From assembly GCA_964616915.1 (NCBI GenBank), contig CAZTSL010000019.1, positions 1 through 38,184 of the forward strand: DNA of 38,184 bases. The letters run 5' to 3'. This document shows, piece after piece, positions 16,728-24,807 of this stretch. The first letter of the stretch is position 1, and each line of letters opens with the position of its first letter. The stretch is from an uncultured bacterium. GTDB lineage: Bacteria > Myxococcota_A > CAZTSL01. The notes under the pieces were generated by a model that worked only from the letters and a program-made list of their open reading frames with translations, did not search any database and had not been told where the DNA came from. The translations under genes and the position numbers were made by a program.

Positions 16728-19053
16728 ACGCCTCGACGATCACGGGAACACGAAGCACCACGGCGGGGTCGTGACGTCCCGTGACCCGGATCGTCGTGTC
16801 GCGCTGTTCCCGGAGATCGACACTCGCCTGGGGGCGGGGAATCGAAGGCGTCGGTTTGATCGCGATCTGGAAGATGAGCGGCGCTCCGGTCGAGATCCCG
16901 CCCAGAACCCCTCCCGAATGGTTCGAGCCGAGTTGTACGCTCCCTGCAGGGGAGAGATGGTAGGGGTCGTTGTTCTCACTCCCCCGCCGGGCCGCCGCCT
17001 CGAAGCCTGCACCGAAGGCGACCCCCTTGACCGCGGGGATCGTGAAGAGGTAATGCGCCAGGACCGCATCGAGCGCATGGAAGATCGGTTCACCGATCCC
17101 GATGGGGAGACCGTGGACCTGGCACTCCACGATTCCACCGAGCGAGTCCCCCTCCCGCCGAGCCGCGAGGACCACCGAGGCCATCTTCTCGGAGAGGATC
17201 GGGTCGGGACAGCGAACCGGGCTCTTCCAGGTGGCCTGGCGCGCCTCCTCGAAGGTCGGGATCCGAGGGAGCCGCAGATCGGCGATCTGGCGGACATAGG
17301 CGGCGATCGTGATCCCGTACCCCTGGAGGATCTGTCGGGCGACCGCGCCGGCGGCGACCATCCCCACGGTCATCCGGCCGGAGAGGAAGCCTCCTCCGCG
17401 GAAATCGAAGGCCCCGCCATACTTCCGCCAGGCCGTGTAGTCCCCGTGACCGGGACGCGGCGTATGGCGGAGTCGGATGTATGGAGCGTCGTGCCCGTCG
17501 AGGTTCGGGATCTCGATCTCGATCCTCCCTCCCGTCGTCCGGAGCCGTTCCCCTTCCCGAACGAACCCCTTGCGTAGCAGGAGGGGATCGGGTTCCCGAC
17601 GCTGCGTGGTCAGGAGACCCGAGGGTCTCCGTTTGTCGAGATCGGCCGTGATGGCGCGGTAGGAGATCGTCACGTTGGGGGGGAGCCCCTCGATCCGGAC
17701 CCCGACGCACCGTTCGTGCGAGCCTCCGTAGAGGGTGACCTGGAAATGGCGTCCGATCGGTGCGGTCTCGCTGAGCACCACGGCACCCGAGCGCCGCAGG
17801 TCGTGGAAGAAATCGGGGTACGATTTGTTCACGCACTCCGGCTGCGCGATATGGGTCTCCCCGCCGGCGATCATTCCGGCGATCGCCGCGGTCATCACGA
17901 TGCGGTGATCCCCGGCGGGATCGATCCGGGCGCCCTGAAGGATGGCAGGACCCGAGACTTCGAGGGCATCGTCTTCGACCTCGATCCGGGCACCCATCCG
18001 GGCGAGCATCGTGCAGATCGCCCGGAGGCGATCACTCTCCTTCCATCTGAGGCGTTTCGTGTGCGTGATCCGGGTCGTTCCCTGGGCCTGAGTGGCGACG
18101 AGGGCAAGGAGGGGGACGAGGTCGGGGATGTCGCGCGCATCGATCGTGGTCCCCCGCAACGGGGTACGCCGGGCGATCAGGCGTTCCTCCTCCCTTTCGA
18201 TCCTCCCCCCCATCGCCTGGAGGAGGGGAACGATCTTACGGTCCCCTTGCGTCGATCGGGGGGTGAGGCCGCAGAGAGAGATCTGGGGCCCGGCGAGCAC
18301 GCCCCCGGCGAGCCAGACGGCCGCCGCGGACCAGTCCCCCGAGATGGAGAGCCGCGGCGGGGCCTCGAAGCGCTGCCCCCCCGGGACCGTGAGCGTGTCG
18401 CCCCGCGGGGCGCGGGTGACCTCTACGCCGCATCTTTCGAGGAATTCGAGCGTCAACGCAAGGTAGGGGCGCGACACGGGAGGTGTGGGAAGGCGCAGGG
18501 TTCCCCCCCGCGGCGTGAGGGGGAGCGCGAAGAGGAGCCCCGAGAGGAACTGCGAAGTGATATCCGCCGGGATCTCGATCTCCCCTCCCACGAAGCCCCC
18601 CTCCACGGTGAGGGGAAGCGATGTCCCATGAATCCGTGCCCCCTTGCTCCGCAAGACTTCGAGCAGGGGGACGATCGGGCGGCGGGCGAGATCGGGACGC
18701 CCGGAGAAGTGAATCCGTCCGCCGCACACCGCCGCGATGGGCAGAAGCATCCGGAGCGTCGAGGCGGAGGAGGCGCAATCGATGTGGGCCAGGGCAGGGA
18801 TCCGCTCCACGATCGAGCCCTCTCCGAAGGTGATCGCCTCCTCCGAGATCTGCCAGGAGGCCCCCATCCGTCCGAGTGCATCGAGGGTCGCCTCCGTGTC
18901 CTCGCACAGAAGGGGATGCTCGACCCGGACCGCGCCTGCGGCCAGGGCCGCGCAGATCAGCGCACGGTGCGTCTCACTCTTCGAGGGGGGAACGACGAGG
19001 GTGAAGTTCGGCTCGAACTTCGAAGAACGGATCAGGATCGACAGGTCACTCAT
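16648..19053 (-). CDS. In-frame fusion of 3-phosphoshikimate 1-carboxyvinyltransferase (EPSP synthase, AroA) and chorismate synthase (AroC)
   Basis: ATG at 19053 (MSDLSILIRSS). AroA motifs LVVPPSKSETHRALICAALAAG, GDWSAAAVWLAGG, DHRIVMTAAIAG; the domain ends at about ...YPDFFHDLRRSGAVV. The same frame continues without a stop into a chorismate synthase N-terminus (...GRHFQVTLYGGSHE), with later SLGGIVEC and FRGGGFLSGRMTV motifs. About 800 aa in total. Confidence 0.8.
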   Translation of the reverse strand: MSDLSILIRSSKFEPNFTLVVPPSKSETHRALICAALAAGAVRVEHPLLCEDTEATLDALGRMGASWQISEEAITFGEGSIVERIPALAHIDCASSASTLRMLLPIAAVCGGRIHFSGRPDLARRPIVPLLEVLRSKGARIHGTSLPLTVEGGFVGGEIEIPADITSQFLSGLLFALPLTPRGGTLRLPTPPVSRPYLALTLEFLERCGVEVTRAPRGDTLTVPGGQRFEAPPRLSISGDWSAAAVWLAGGVLAGPQISLCGLTPRSTQGDRKIVPLLQAMGGRIEREEERLIARRTPLRGTTIDARDIPDLVPLLALVATQAQGTTRITHTKRLRWKESDRLRAICTMLARMGARIEVEDDALEVSGPAILQGARIDPAGDHRIVMTAAIAGMIAGGETHIAQPECVNKSYPDFFHDLRRSGAVVLSETAPIGRHFQVTLYGGSHERCVGVRIEGLPPNVTISYRAITADLDKRRPSGLLTTQRREPDPLLLRKGFVREGERLRTTGGRIEIEIPNLDGHDAPYIRLRHTPRPGHGDYTAWRKYGGAFDFRGGGFLSGRMTVGMVAAGAVARQILQGYGITIAAYVRQIADLRLPRIPTFEEARQATWKSPVRCPDPILSEKMASVVLAARREGDSLGGIVECQVHGLPIGIGEPIFHALDAVLAHYLFTIPAVKGVAFGAGFEAAARRGSENNDPYHLSPAGSVQLGSNHSGGVLGGISTGAPLIFQIAIKPTPSIPRPQASVDLREQRDTTIRVTGRHDPAVVLRVPVIVEAFTAAALLDLYLAARSPNPPSPSSTAL

Positions 19054-19085
19054 TGGCGATCTTCCCCTCGCAACCTCCCGTGGCG

Positions 19086-20390
19086 TCAAAACGTGTCACG
19101 GGCAGCACGCCTCCTCGCCGGTTTGGAGAGCGGCGCGGCACCGTTGCCGATGAGGGAGAGGTAGTAACGGCTGGCCGAATCCGTGGGGTCGATGGTAACC
19201 ACTTCCTGAAAGCGTGCTCGAGCCTGACGGATCCGTCCGGAGAAGTAGGCATCGATCCCCGATTCGAAGATTTCCCGGGTCGTCTCCTTGCGTTCGATCT
19301 CCTCCGGGAGGGCGCCGTCGAAGATCTCGTAGATCGAAACGACCTCCTGCTTCCCCTTGACCTGCACCCGTCCGAGTCTCCGGGCGTGGAAATGCTCCGG
19401 TGCCTGGAGGTGGTGGATCACGTTCCCCGAGACGATGAAGGGAACGCCGTAGCGCTTCGTCAGGCTTTCGAGGCGGGCGCCGAGATTGACGGCATCGGAG
19501 AGGATGTCCCCACCGATGCGCTCCTCCTCTCCGATCACGCCGAGCATCATCTTCCCGAAATGGACGCCGATTCCGATGTCGATCGGACGGTAGTTCACTT
19601 TTCGACGGTGCTCGTTGTAGAGCCGCACGGCGCGCAGCTTCTCGATCCCGGCAACGAGCGCCGCATCGGGGTTCTCGGGAAAGACCGCCATGATCCCGTC
19701 GCCGAGGAATTTGATGACGAAGCCTCCGTTTTGCCGGATGATCGGGCTGAGCCGTTTGAGGAAGTTGTTGATGAGGTCGAAGTTCTCCTGGACCGTGAGC
19801 GTCTCCGAGAGCGTGGTGAAATTCCGGATGTCGGAGAACATGACGGCCATCTCGAGATGGATGTGGTCGCCGAGCGCGACTTCATCGATCGCCTCCTTGC
19901 GCAGGAGGTGGAGGAGATCCTTCGGAACGAAGCGCAAGGAGGCCGTCGTCAGCGCCTCGAGCATCTCCATCTGCCGGTGGAGGTTTCTCAGGAGCCGATG
20001 CCGCTCGATCGCGTAGAAGATGCTGCGCCGAAGGAGGTGGTGATCGAAACTCCCCTTGACGAGGTAGTCCTGCGCTCCCTGTTGCACCGCGCGGATGCCG
20101 AGCGCTTCGTCCTTGAGGCCCGTGAGCAGGATCACCGGCACGTGCGGAAACCGCTCGTGGGTCGTCTCGAAGGTCGCCATCCCCCGGCTGTCGGGGAGCG
20201 TCAGGTCGAGGAGGAGGAGATCGAACGGCCGCTCGGCGAGTTTCCCCATCCCCTCCGCCAGGGTGTCCGCCGTGGAGAGGTCGATCGTCGCCGTCTCGCT
20301 CCCATGAACCGTGTAGAGGAGTTCCTGCAGGAGGAAGACGTCGTCGGGATTGTCCTCGATCAGGAGGATATGGATTCCAGCAGCAGCCAC
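19086..20390 (-). CDS. Response-regulator receiver fused to a class III adenylate/guanylate cyclase
   Basis: Chosen start is the GTG at 20388-20390 (V of LVAAAGIHILLIEDNP), with AAGGAG (20399-20404 on the minus strand) 8 nt upstream. The longer ORF to 20834 has no RBS and adds a Pro/Ser-rich low-complexity N-terminus. REC motifs ILLIEDN, DLLLLDLTLPD, VPVILLTG. Cyclase motifs AVMFSDIRNFTTLSE, VIKFLGDGIMAVF, NLGARLESL. Confidence 0.8.
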   Translation of the reverse strand: MAAAGIHILLIEDNPDDVFLLQELLYTVHGSETATIDLSTADTLAEGMGKLAERPFDLLLLDLTLPDSRGMATFETTHERFPHVPVILLTGLKDEALGIRAVQQGAQDYLVKGSFDHHLLRRSIFYAIERHRLLRNLHRQMEMLEALTTASLRFVPKDLLHLLRKEAIDEVALGDHIHLEMAVMFSDIRNFTTLSETLTVQENFDLINNFLKRLSPIIRQNGGFVIKFLGDGIMAVFPENPDAALVAGIEKLRAVRLYNEHRRKVNYRPIDIGIGVHFGKMMLGVIGEEERIGGDILSDAVNLGARLESLTKRYGVPFIVSGNVIHHLQAPEHFHARRLGRVQVKGKQEVVSIYEIFDGALPEEIERKETTREIFESGIDAYFSGRIRQARARFQEVVTIDPTDSASRYYLSLIGNGAAPLSKPARRRAARDTF

Positions 20391-20398
20391 GAGATCGT

Positions 20399-20404
20399 CT
20401 CCTT
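20399..20404 (-). promoter_or_regulatory. Shine-Dalgarno AAGGAG for the GTG start of the REC-cyclase gene
   Basis: Reverse complement of + strand CTCCTT at 20399-20404, 8 nt upstream of the GTG. Confidence 0.5.
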
Positions 20405-20697
20405 GTCCCCCCGGAAGGTGATGAATGCCTTTTCGGGCTCCCAAGGACGAAAGCGAGAAGCAATTTTCGTTCCTCGAATCTCTTCCGGCGCTCACAGGAG
20501 AGAAAAGGGTGGAATATCCGGGGGAACAGGACGCCGGAGGCATCGAGAGGGATGCGATCCAGTGAGGGAGGAGGGGGGAGAAGGCGTACAAAAAACGCAC
20601 ACCTCGCCCTTCAAAGCGACGCAGATCCCCATCCGGGAGGTCGTTCGCCCCCTTCGGTCCTGGCGTTCTCGAAAGGGGCGTTCGGCGATGGGGGAAA

Positions 20698-22092
20698 CTA
20701 CTTGAGACCGGTGTAGGTTCCCCGCTTGAGGTAACGGCCATGCCCCTTTCGGCCGACGTATTTGCAGTCGCGCACGACGACCCTCCCGCGGGAGATGACG
20801 GTCTCGGGGTAACCGGAGACTTCGAATCCCTCATAGGCGCTGTAATCGACGTTCATGTTGTGGGTCACGGGGTTGTGGACGCTGATCGTCTCTCTGCGCT
20901 GGGGGTCGAAGAGGACGATATCGGCGTCGCTGCCCACGGCGATCGTCCCTTTCCGGGGGAAGAGGCCGAACATCTTCGCTGCGGCGGTGGAGGTGATCTC
21001 CACGAAGCGATTGAGCGAGATGCGGTTCTGCACGACGCCCCCCTGGTAGATCAGGGCCATCCGGTTCTCCACGCCGGGCGCGCCGTTGGGGATCTTCGTG
21101 AAGTCTCCGAGGCCGAGTTCCTTCTGTTCCTTGAAGCAGAAGGGGCAGTGGTCGGTGGAGATCGCCTGGAGATCGCCGAACCGGATGCCGCGCCAGAGTC
21201 TCTCCTGGTTCCACTTCTCCCGCAGCGCAGGGGTCATGACGTATTTGGCCCCCTCGAAGCCCTCCTGCTCGTAGCAGGAGATGTCGAGGAAGAGGTATTG
21301 CGGGCAGGTCTCGGCAAAGGCGGGGACGCCCCGGTCGCGGGCGATCGTGACCTGTTCGAGCGCGTCGGAGGAGGAGAGGTGGACGATATAGACGGGAACC
21401 CCCGCCACCTCCGCGATCGCGATCGCGCGGTGGACCCCTTCGGCCTCCATCCGGGTCGGACGGGTGAGCGCATGCCATTTCGGTTCGGTCTTCCCTTCCC
21501 GCTTCGCGATCTTGATGATCTCGTCGATCACGATGCCGTTCTCGGCGTGCATGCAGATGAGCGTTCCATTCTCCCCGGCCTGCCGGAAGGCGCGGTAGAG
21601 CGTTCCATCATCGACGTAGAGGACGCCGGGGTAGGCCATGAAGAGTTTGTAGGAGGTGACCCCCTCCTCCACGAGCCGGCGCATCTCGGGAAGACGCTCG
21701 TCCTCCATGTCCGTGATGATCATGTGGAAGCCATAGTCGATCGAAGCCTTCCCCTCCGCTTTCCGATGCCAGGTGTCGAGCCCTTCGAGCGTGGAGTGGC
21801 CCTTCGTCTGGATCGCGAAGTCGATGATCGTCGTCGTGCCGCCGTGGGCCGCGGCGCGGGTGCCCGTCTCGAAGTCGTCCGCGGAGATCGTTCCGCCAAA
21901 GGGCATGTCGAAGTGGGTATGGGGGTCGATTCCGCCGGGGATGACGAGTTTGCCCGTGGCATCGATCACCTCGTCTGCCGCGATGTCGAGGTGTTCGCCG
22001 ATCAGCGTGATCCGTTCGTCCTCCACGAAGATATCGGCGTGATAGTCGTCCACCGCGGTGACGATCCTTCCATTCTTGATGAGCAGCGACAT
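20698..22092 (-). CDS. Dihydropyrimidinase / D-hydantoinase (cyclic amidohydrolase superfamily)
   Basis: 464 aa. Metal-binding GGIDPHTHF, later carboxylated-lysine region SYKLFMAY and VHLSS, and TDHCPF. AGGAGG RBS 6 nt upstream of the ATG at 22092. Confidence 0.9.
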   Translation of the reverse strand: MSLLIKNGRIVTAVDDYHADIFVEDERITLIGEHLDIAADEVIDATGKLVIPGGIDPHTHFDMPFGGTISADDFETGTRAAAHGGTTTIIDFAIQTKGHSTLEGLDTWHRKAEGKASIDYGFHMIITDMEDERLPEMRRLVEEGVTSYKLFMAYPGVLYVDDGTLYRAFRQAGENGTLICMHAENGIVIDEIIKIAKREGKTEPKWHALTRPTRMEAEGVHRAIAIAEVAGVPVYIVHLSSSDALEQVTIARDRGVPAFAETCPQYLFLDISCYEQEGFEGAKYVMTPALREKWNQERLWRGIRFGDLQAISTDHCPFCFKEQKELGLGDFTKIPNGAPGVENRMALIYQGGVVQNRISLNRFVEITSTAAAKMFGLFPRKGTIAVGSDADIVLFDPQRRETISVHNPVTHNMNVDYSAYEGFEVSGYPETVISRGRVVVRDCKYVGRKGHGRYLKRGTYTGLK

Positions 22093-22235
22093 GACAGCCT
22101 CCTGGACCCGACCGGGAGATCGGCCGGTGGGTCGTTCGAATCGTGACGTCCTGGAACCTCCTCCCGGCTGCGAGGTGCCCCGCAGGGAGGCGCGGGACTC
22201 CGGTCATGCAGCGCGGTCCCCAAAGACCCGTCGGA

Positions 22236-22688
22236 TCACTTGCCTCCACCCCCCGTGATCTCGGGGGTCTCCACGAGGAACGCCTTCATTCGGGCGATGA
22301 AGTCGCGGTCGAAGAGCTGGATTACCCCCTTGCCATCGACGAGGGCATGGGTGGTGTAGCCCTGTGCGAGGAGTTGCCCGCTCTCGTGATTGCGGATGAG
22401 ATAGGAGACGGTGAGCGTGGCCCGACTGATCTTCGTGAGCATCGACTCGATCTCGAGCAGATCGTTGTACCGCGCCGGGGCCCGGTAACGGCAGAAACAC
22501 TCCGTCACGGGGAGGTGACGGTCCTCCGCGATGTATGCCGTGTAGGGACGGTCGAGGGCCTGCAACAGATCGGTGCGCCCGATCTCGAACCACTTGAGAT
22601 AGTTCGCGTAGTAGGCGATCCCCATCGCATCCGTATCGCCGAAGATCACGCGAACGAGACTCTTCGTGCTCTTGACACCACGGGTCAT
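22236..22688 (-). CDS. YbgC/4HBT-family acyl-CoA thioesterase (hotdog fold)
   Basis: 150 aa. VRVIFGDTDAMGIAYYANYLKWFEIGRTDLL matches the YbgC-type thioesterase core. AAGGAG RBS 7 nt upstream of the ATG at 22688. Confidence 0.8.
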   Translation of the reverse strand: MTRGVKSTKSLVRVIFGDTDAMGIAYYANYLKWFEIGRTDLLQALDRPYTAYIAEDRHLPVTECFCRYRAPARYNDLLEIESMLTKISRATLTVSYLIRNHESGQLLAQGYTTHALVDGKGVIQLFDRDFIARMKAFLVETPEITGGGGK

Positions 22689-22824
22689 CCCCGATCTCCT
22701 TGCACGCTTCGCTTCGTGCGGTTTCTTGGCAGCGCTCCCCTCCGCCTGGGTCGTTCCCCGGGAGGATGGAGCAGCATACCGCGGATCCGACCGGATTGCA
22801 ACGCCCCCCCCGGGAGTGACACGC

Positions 22825-23691
22825 CTACCCTCGTCCTTTCTTCATCCGCGTCGATGCGCAGAGGGGATCGGCACACCGTTTCGAGAGATCCCAGCAGGCG
22901 CGGTGATAGGTCCGGCCGCATTTCCGGCAAATCGCGTACGATTCTCCGGCCGGGATCGGGCCACCGCAGGTGCGGCAGGTCACGCTTCCGGCCGCCCCGG
23001 CAGCCGGGGGGGGCACCGGAGGAGAGATCTCCCCCATAGGACGGGCGGACTGCGCAACGGCGGCTTCTCCATCCAGCAGCGCCAGAAGCAGACGGCGTGT
23101 AGCGCGGATGTAGTCCAGGAGCGCTCCTGTCTCGGAGATGAATCCGAGCTTCGTGACCGTGAGTCGATGATCCTCGAGCTTAAGCGTGAGTTGGCCCTCC
23201 TTCTCGAGGCTCTGGAGGTAAAGGATGAGGGATCGAACCCTCTCCGTGAGGCGATCGAGAATTTCATCGGCCGGATCCCCCTTGACGACGAATTTCTCGT
23301 CGAAGGCCGGATCCCCCGTCTCGATGTCCTGGGCACCGAAGACCTTCGTCAATTGCGAGAAGAAGCCCTGACGCCCGATCTGGAGCCGACAGTCGAGAGG
23401 GACGGGCTCGAAGATCACGTCGGTGAAGTAGGTCTTGTTCTTCCCCCCCGTGGAATGGACCGTCACGGTGGCGCCGATCCCCGGTTTCGGCTCGAAGCGG
23501 ATCTTTGGGAAGGCGAACCACTTCCCCTCCTCGAAGCGGGCGGAGAGGGCATCGGCCACCTCCCGCCAGACCTGCTTGCGTTTCCGGGAAGTCCGGATGC
23601 TCACATAGAGGACGATCGGTCCCACGGTCAAGAAGATGATGATGGGCAAGAACTGAGCGATGACGTCGGGAAGGCCGGTCTGGATGGTCAT
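22825..23691 (-). CDS. Membrane-anchored hypothetical protein with a C-terminal Cys-rich zinc-ribbon / treble-clef module
   Basis: 288 aa. N-terminal TM LPIIIFLTVGPIVLYVSI. C-terminus CRTCGGPIPAGESYAICRKCGRTYHRACWDLSKRCADPLC (CxxC...CxxC...HxxC...C...C). The start overlaps the upstream J-domain gene stop (ATGA). Confidence 0.5.
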   Translation of the reverse strand: MTIQTGLPDVIAQFLPIIIFLTVGPIVLYVSIRTSRKRKQVWREVADALSARFEEGKWFAFPKIRFEPKPGIGATVTVHSTGGKNKTYFTDVIFEPVPLDCRLQIGRQGFFSQLTKVFGAQDIETGDPAFDEKFVVKGDPADEILDRLTERVRSLILYLQSLEKEGQLTLKLEDHRLTVTKLGFISETGALLDYIRATRRLLLALLDGEAAVAQSARPMGEISPPVPPPAAGAAGSVTCRTCGGPIPAGESYAICRKCGRTYHRACWDLSKRCADPLCASTRMKKGRG

Positions 23692-24803
23692 CGTCGTCCC
23701 TCGGATCTTTCCGGTTTCGAAGGCGGACGGGTGCGCTTTGCCTTCAGGTGTTCGTCGTAGCGCTTCCGAAGTTCCGGCGAGGAGAGGACCCGGTGCGCGT
23801 TGATGATCCGCGTGATCACCTCGTCGAGGAGGGGGAGGATCTGGGGCCCGATCCGGCCGTGGTGCCGGTCCGGATGGAAACGCTTGATCGCCCGCGCAAA
23901 GGCCAGCCGGATCTCCACAGGCGAGGCATCGGGATCGATCTCGAGGAGTTCGTAGTAGGTCATCCGCCGGAGCTGGTTGTGCAGATTCACGATCTCGAGT
24001 TCCTCGGCATTCAGCCGGTCGAAGCCGATCCGTTCCCGGTCCACGGCCTCGATGCGAACCTCGATCTGCGCCTTGAGTTCGCGCAAAGCCCGGTCCTGCG
24101 GCTCCTCGGCGAGCGCGTCCTCCACGTACTCGCGGGCGAGATGAATTCGTCCTTCGAGGAGCGCGATCTCGGCCAGATAGCGGTTCGTCAGCTTTTGCGT
24201 TCGGTTGAGCTTCTTGCTGAAGAAGAGGAACTCCTTGGCCTGGCTGAAGTTCTTCTGGGCGCTCTTCTTCTGGACCTGGAAGAGCGCCCAGCCGAGGTAC
24301 ATCGAATAGACCTCGTTGCCCGGATCACACTCCCAGGCCGATCGGAAACACTTGGCAGCCTCCTTCCAGGCATCTTTTTTGATTTCTCCCTGGCCGGCGA
24401 GGAAGTGCTGGGAAGCCTGATAGGCGGCCTCCCGCGTGATCTTTCCGATCGCCTTGCGGATTCTCCGGCGCGCATCGTAGGCGGCCCGGCGCTGGGGGTG
24501 CTGGAGGGTCTCGTAGAGATGAGTGATGTAGTCGAAGAGTTCATCGATCCGCTCCCGGACGGCTGCGGTGACCTTCCGGTAGAAACGGGGATCGCGCAAC
24601 TCGCGGGCAAGCCGATGGTAGGCGATCTTGAGGTCCTGGGGTGTGAAATCGTCGGGGATACCGAGGAATTCGTAGGCATCGAGGTCGATCATCGCCTCGT
24701 GCATCTCGTCGATATGCCGGGAGAAGTCGGCCAGGGCCTCCTGGAATTCGAGCGCACGGGTCCGTCTTGTTGCGGTCGGTCCCTTCGGTTCGTGGTCCAT
24801 CAT
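23688..24803 (-). CDS. J-domain (DnaJ-like) protein: degenerate N-terminal J-like domain, TPR-like middle region and a canonical C-terminal J domain with HPD
   Basis: 371 aa. C-terminal YYELLEIDPDASPVEIRLAFARAIKRFHPDRHHG is a canonical J domain. The N-terminal AYEFLGIPDDFTPQDLKIAYHRLARELRDPRF is J-like but lacks HPD. The start lies 4 nt downstream of the C25 peptidase stop. Confidence 0.7.
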   Translation of the reverse strand: MMDHEPKGPTATRRTRALEFQEALADFSRHIDEMHEAMIDLDAYEFLGIPDDFTPQDLKIAYHRLARELRDPRFYRKVTAAVRERIDELFDYITHLYETLQHPQRRAAYDARRRIRKAIGKITREAAYQASQHFLAGQGEIKKDAWKEAAKCFRSAWECDPGNEVYSMYLGWALFQVQKKSAQKNFSQAKEFLFFSKKLNRTQKLTNRYLAEIALLEGRIHLAREYVEDALAEEPQDRALRELKAQIEVRIEAVDRERIGFDRLNAEELEIVNLHNQLRRMTYYELLEIDPDASPVEIRLAFARAIKRFHPDRHHGRIGPQILPLLDEVITRIINAHRVLSSPELRKRYDEHLKAKRTRPPSKPERSEGRR

Positions 24804-24807
24804 CGTC

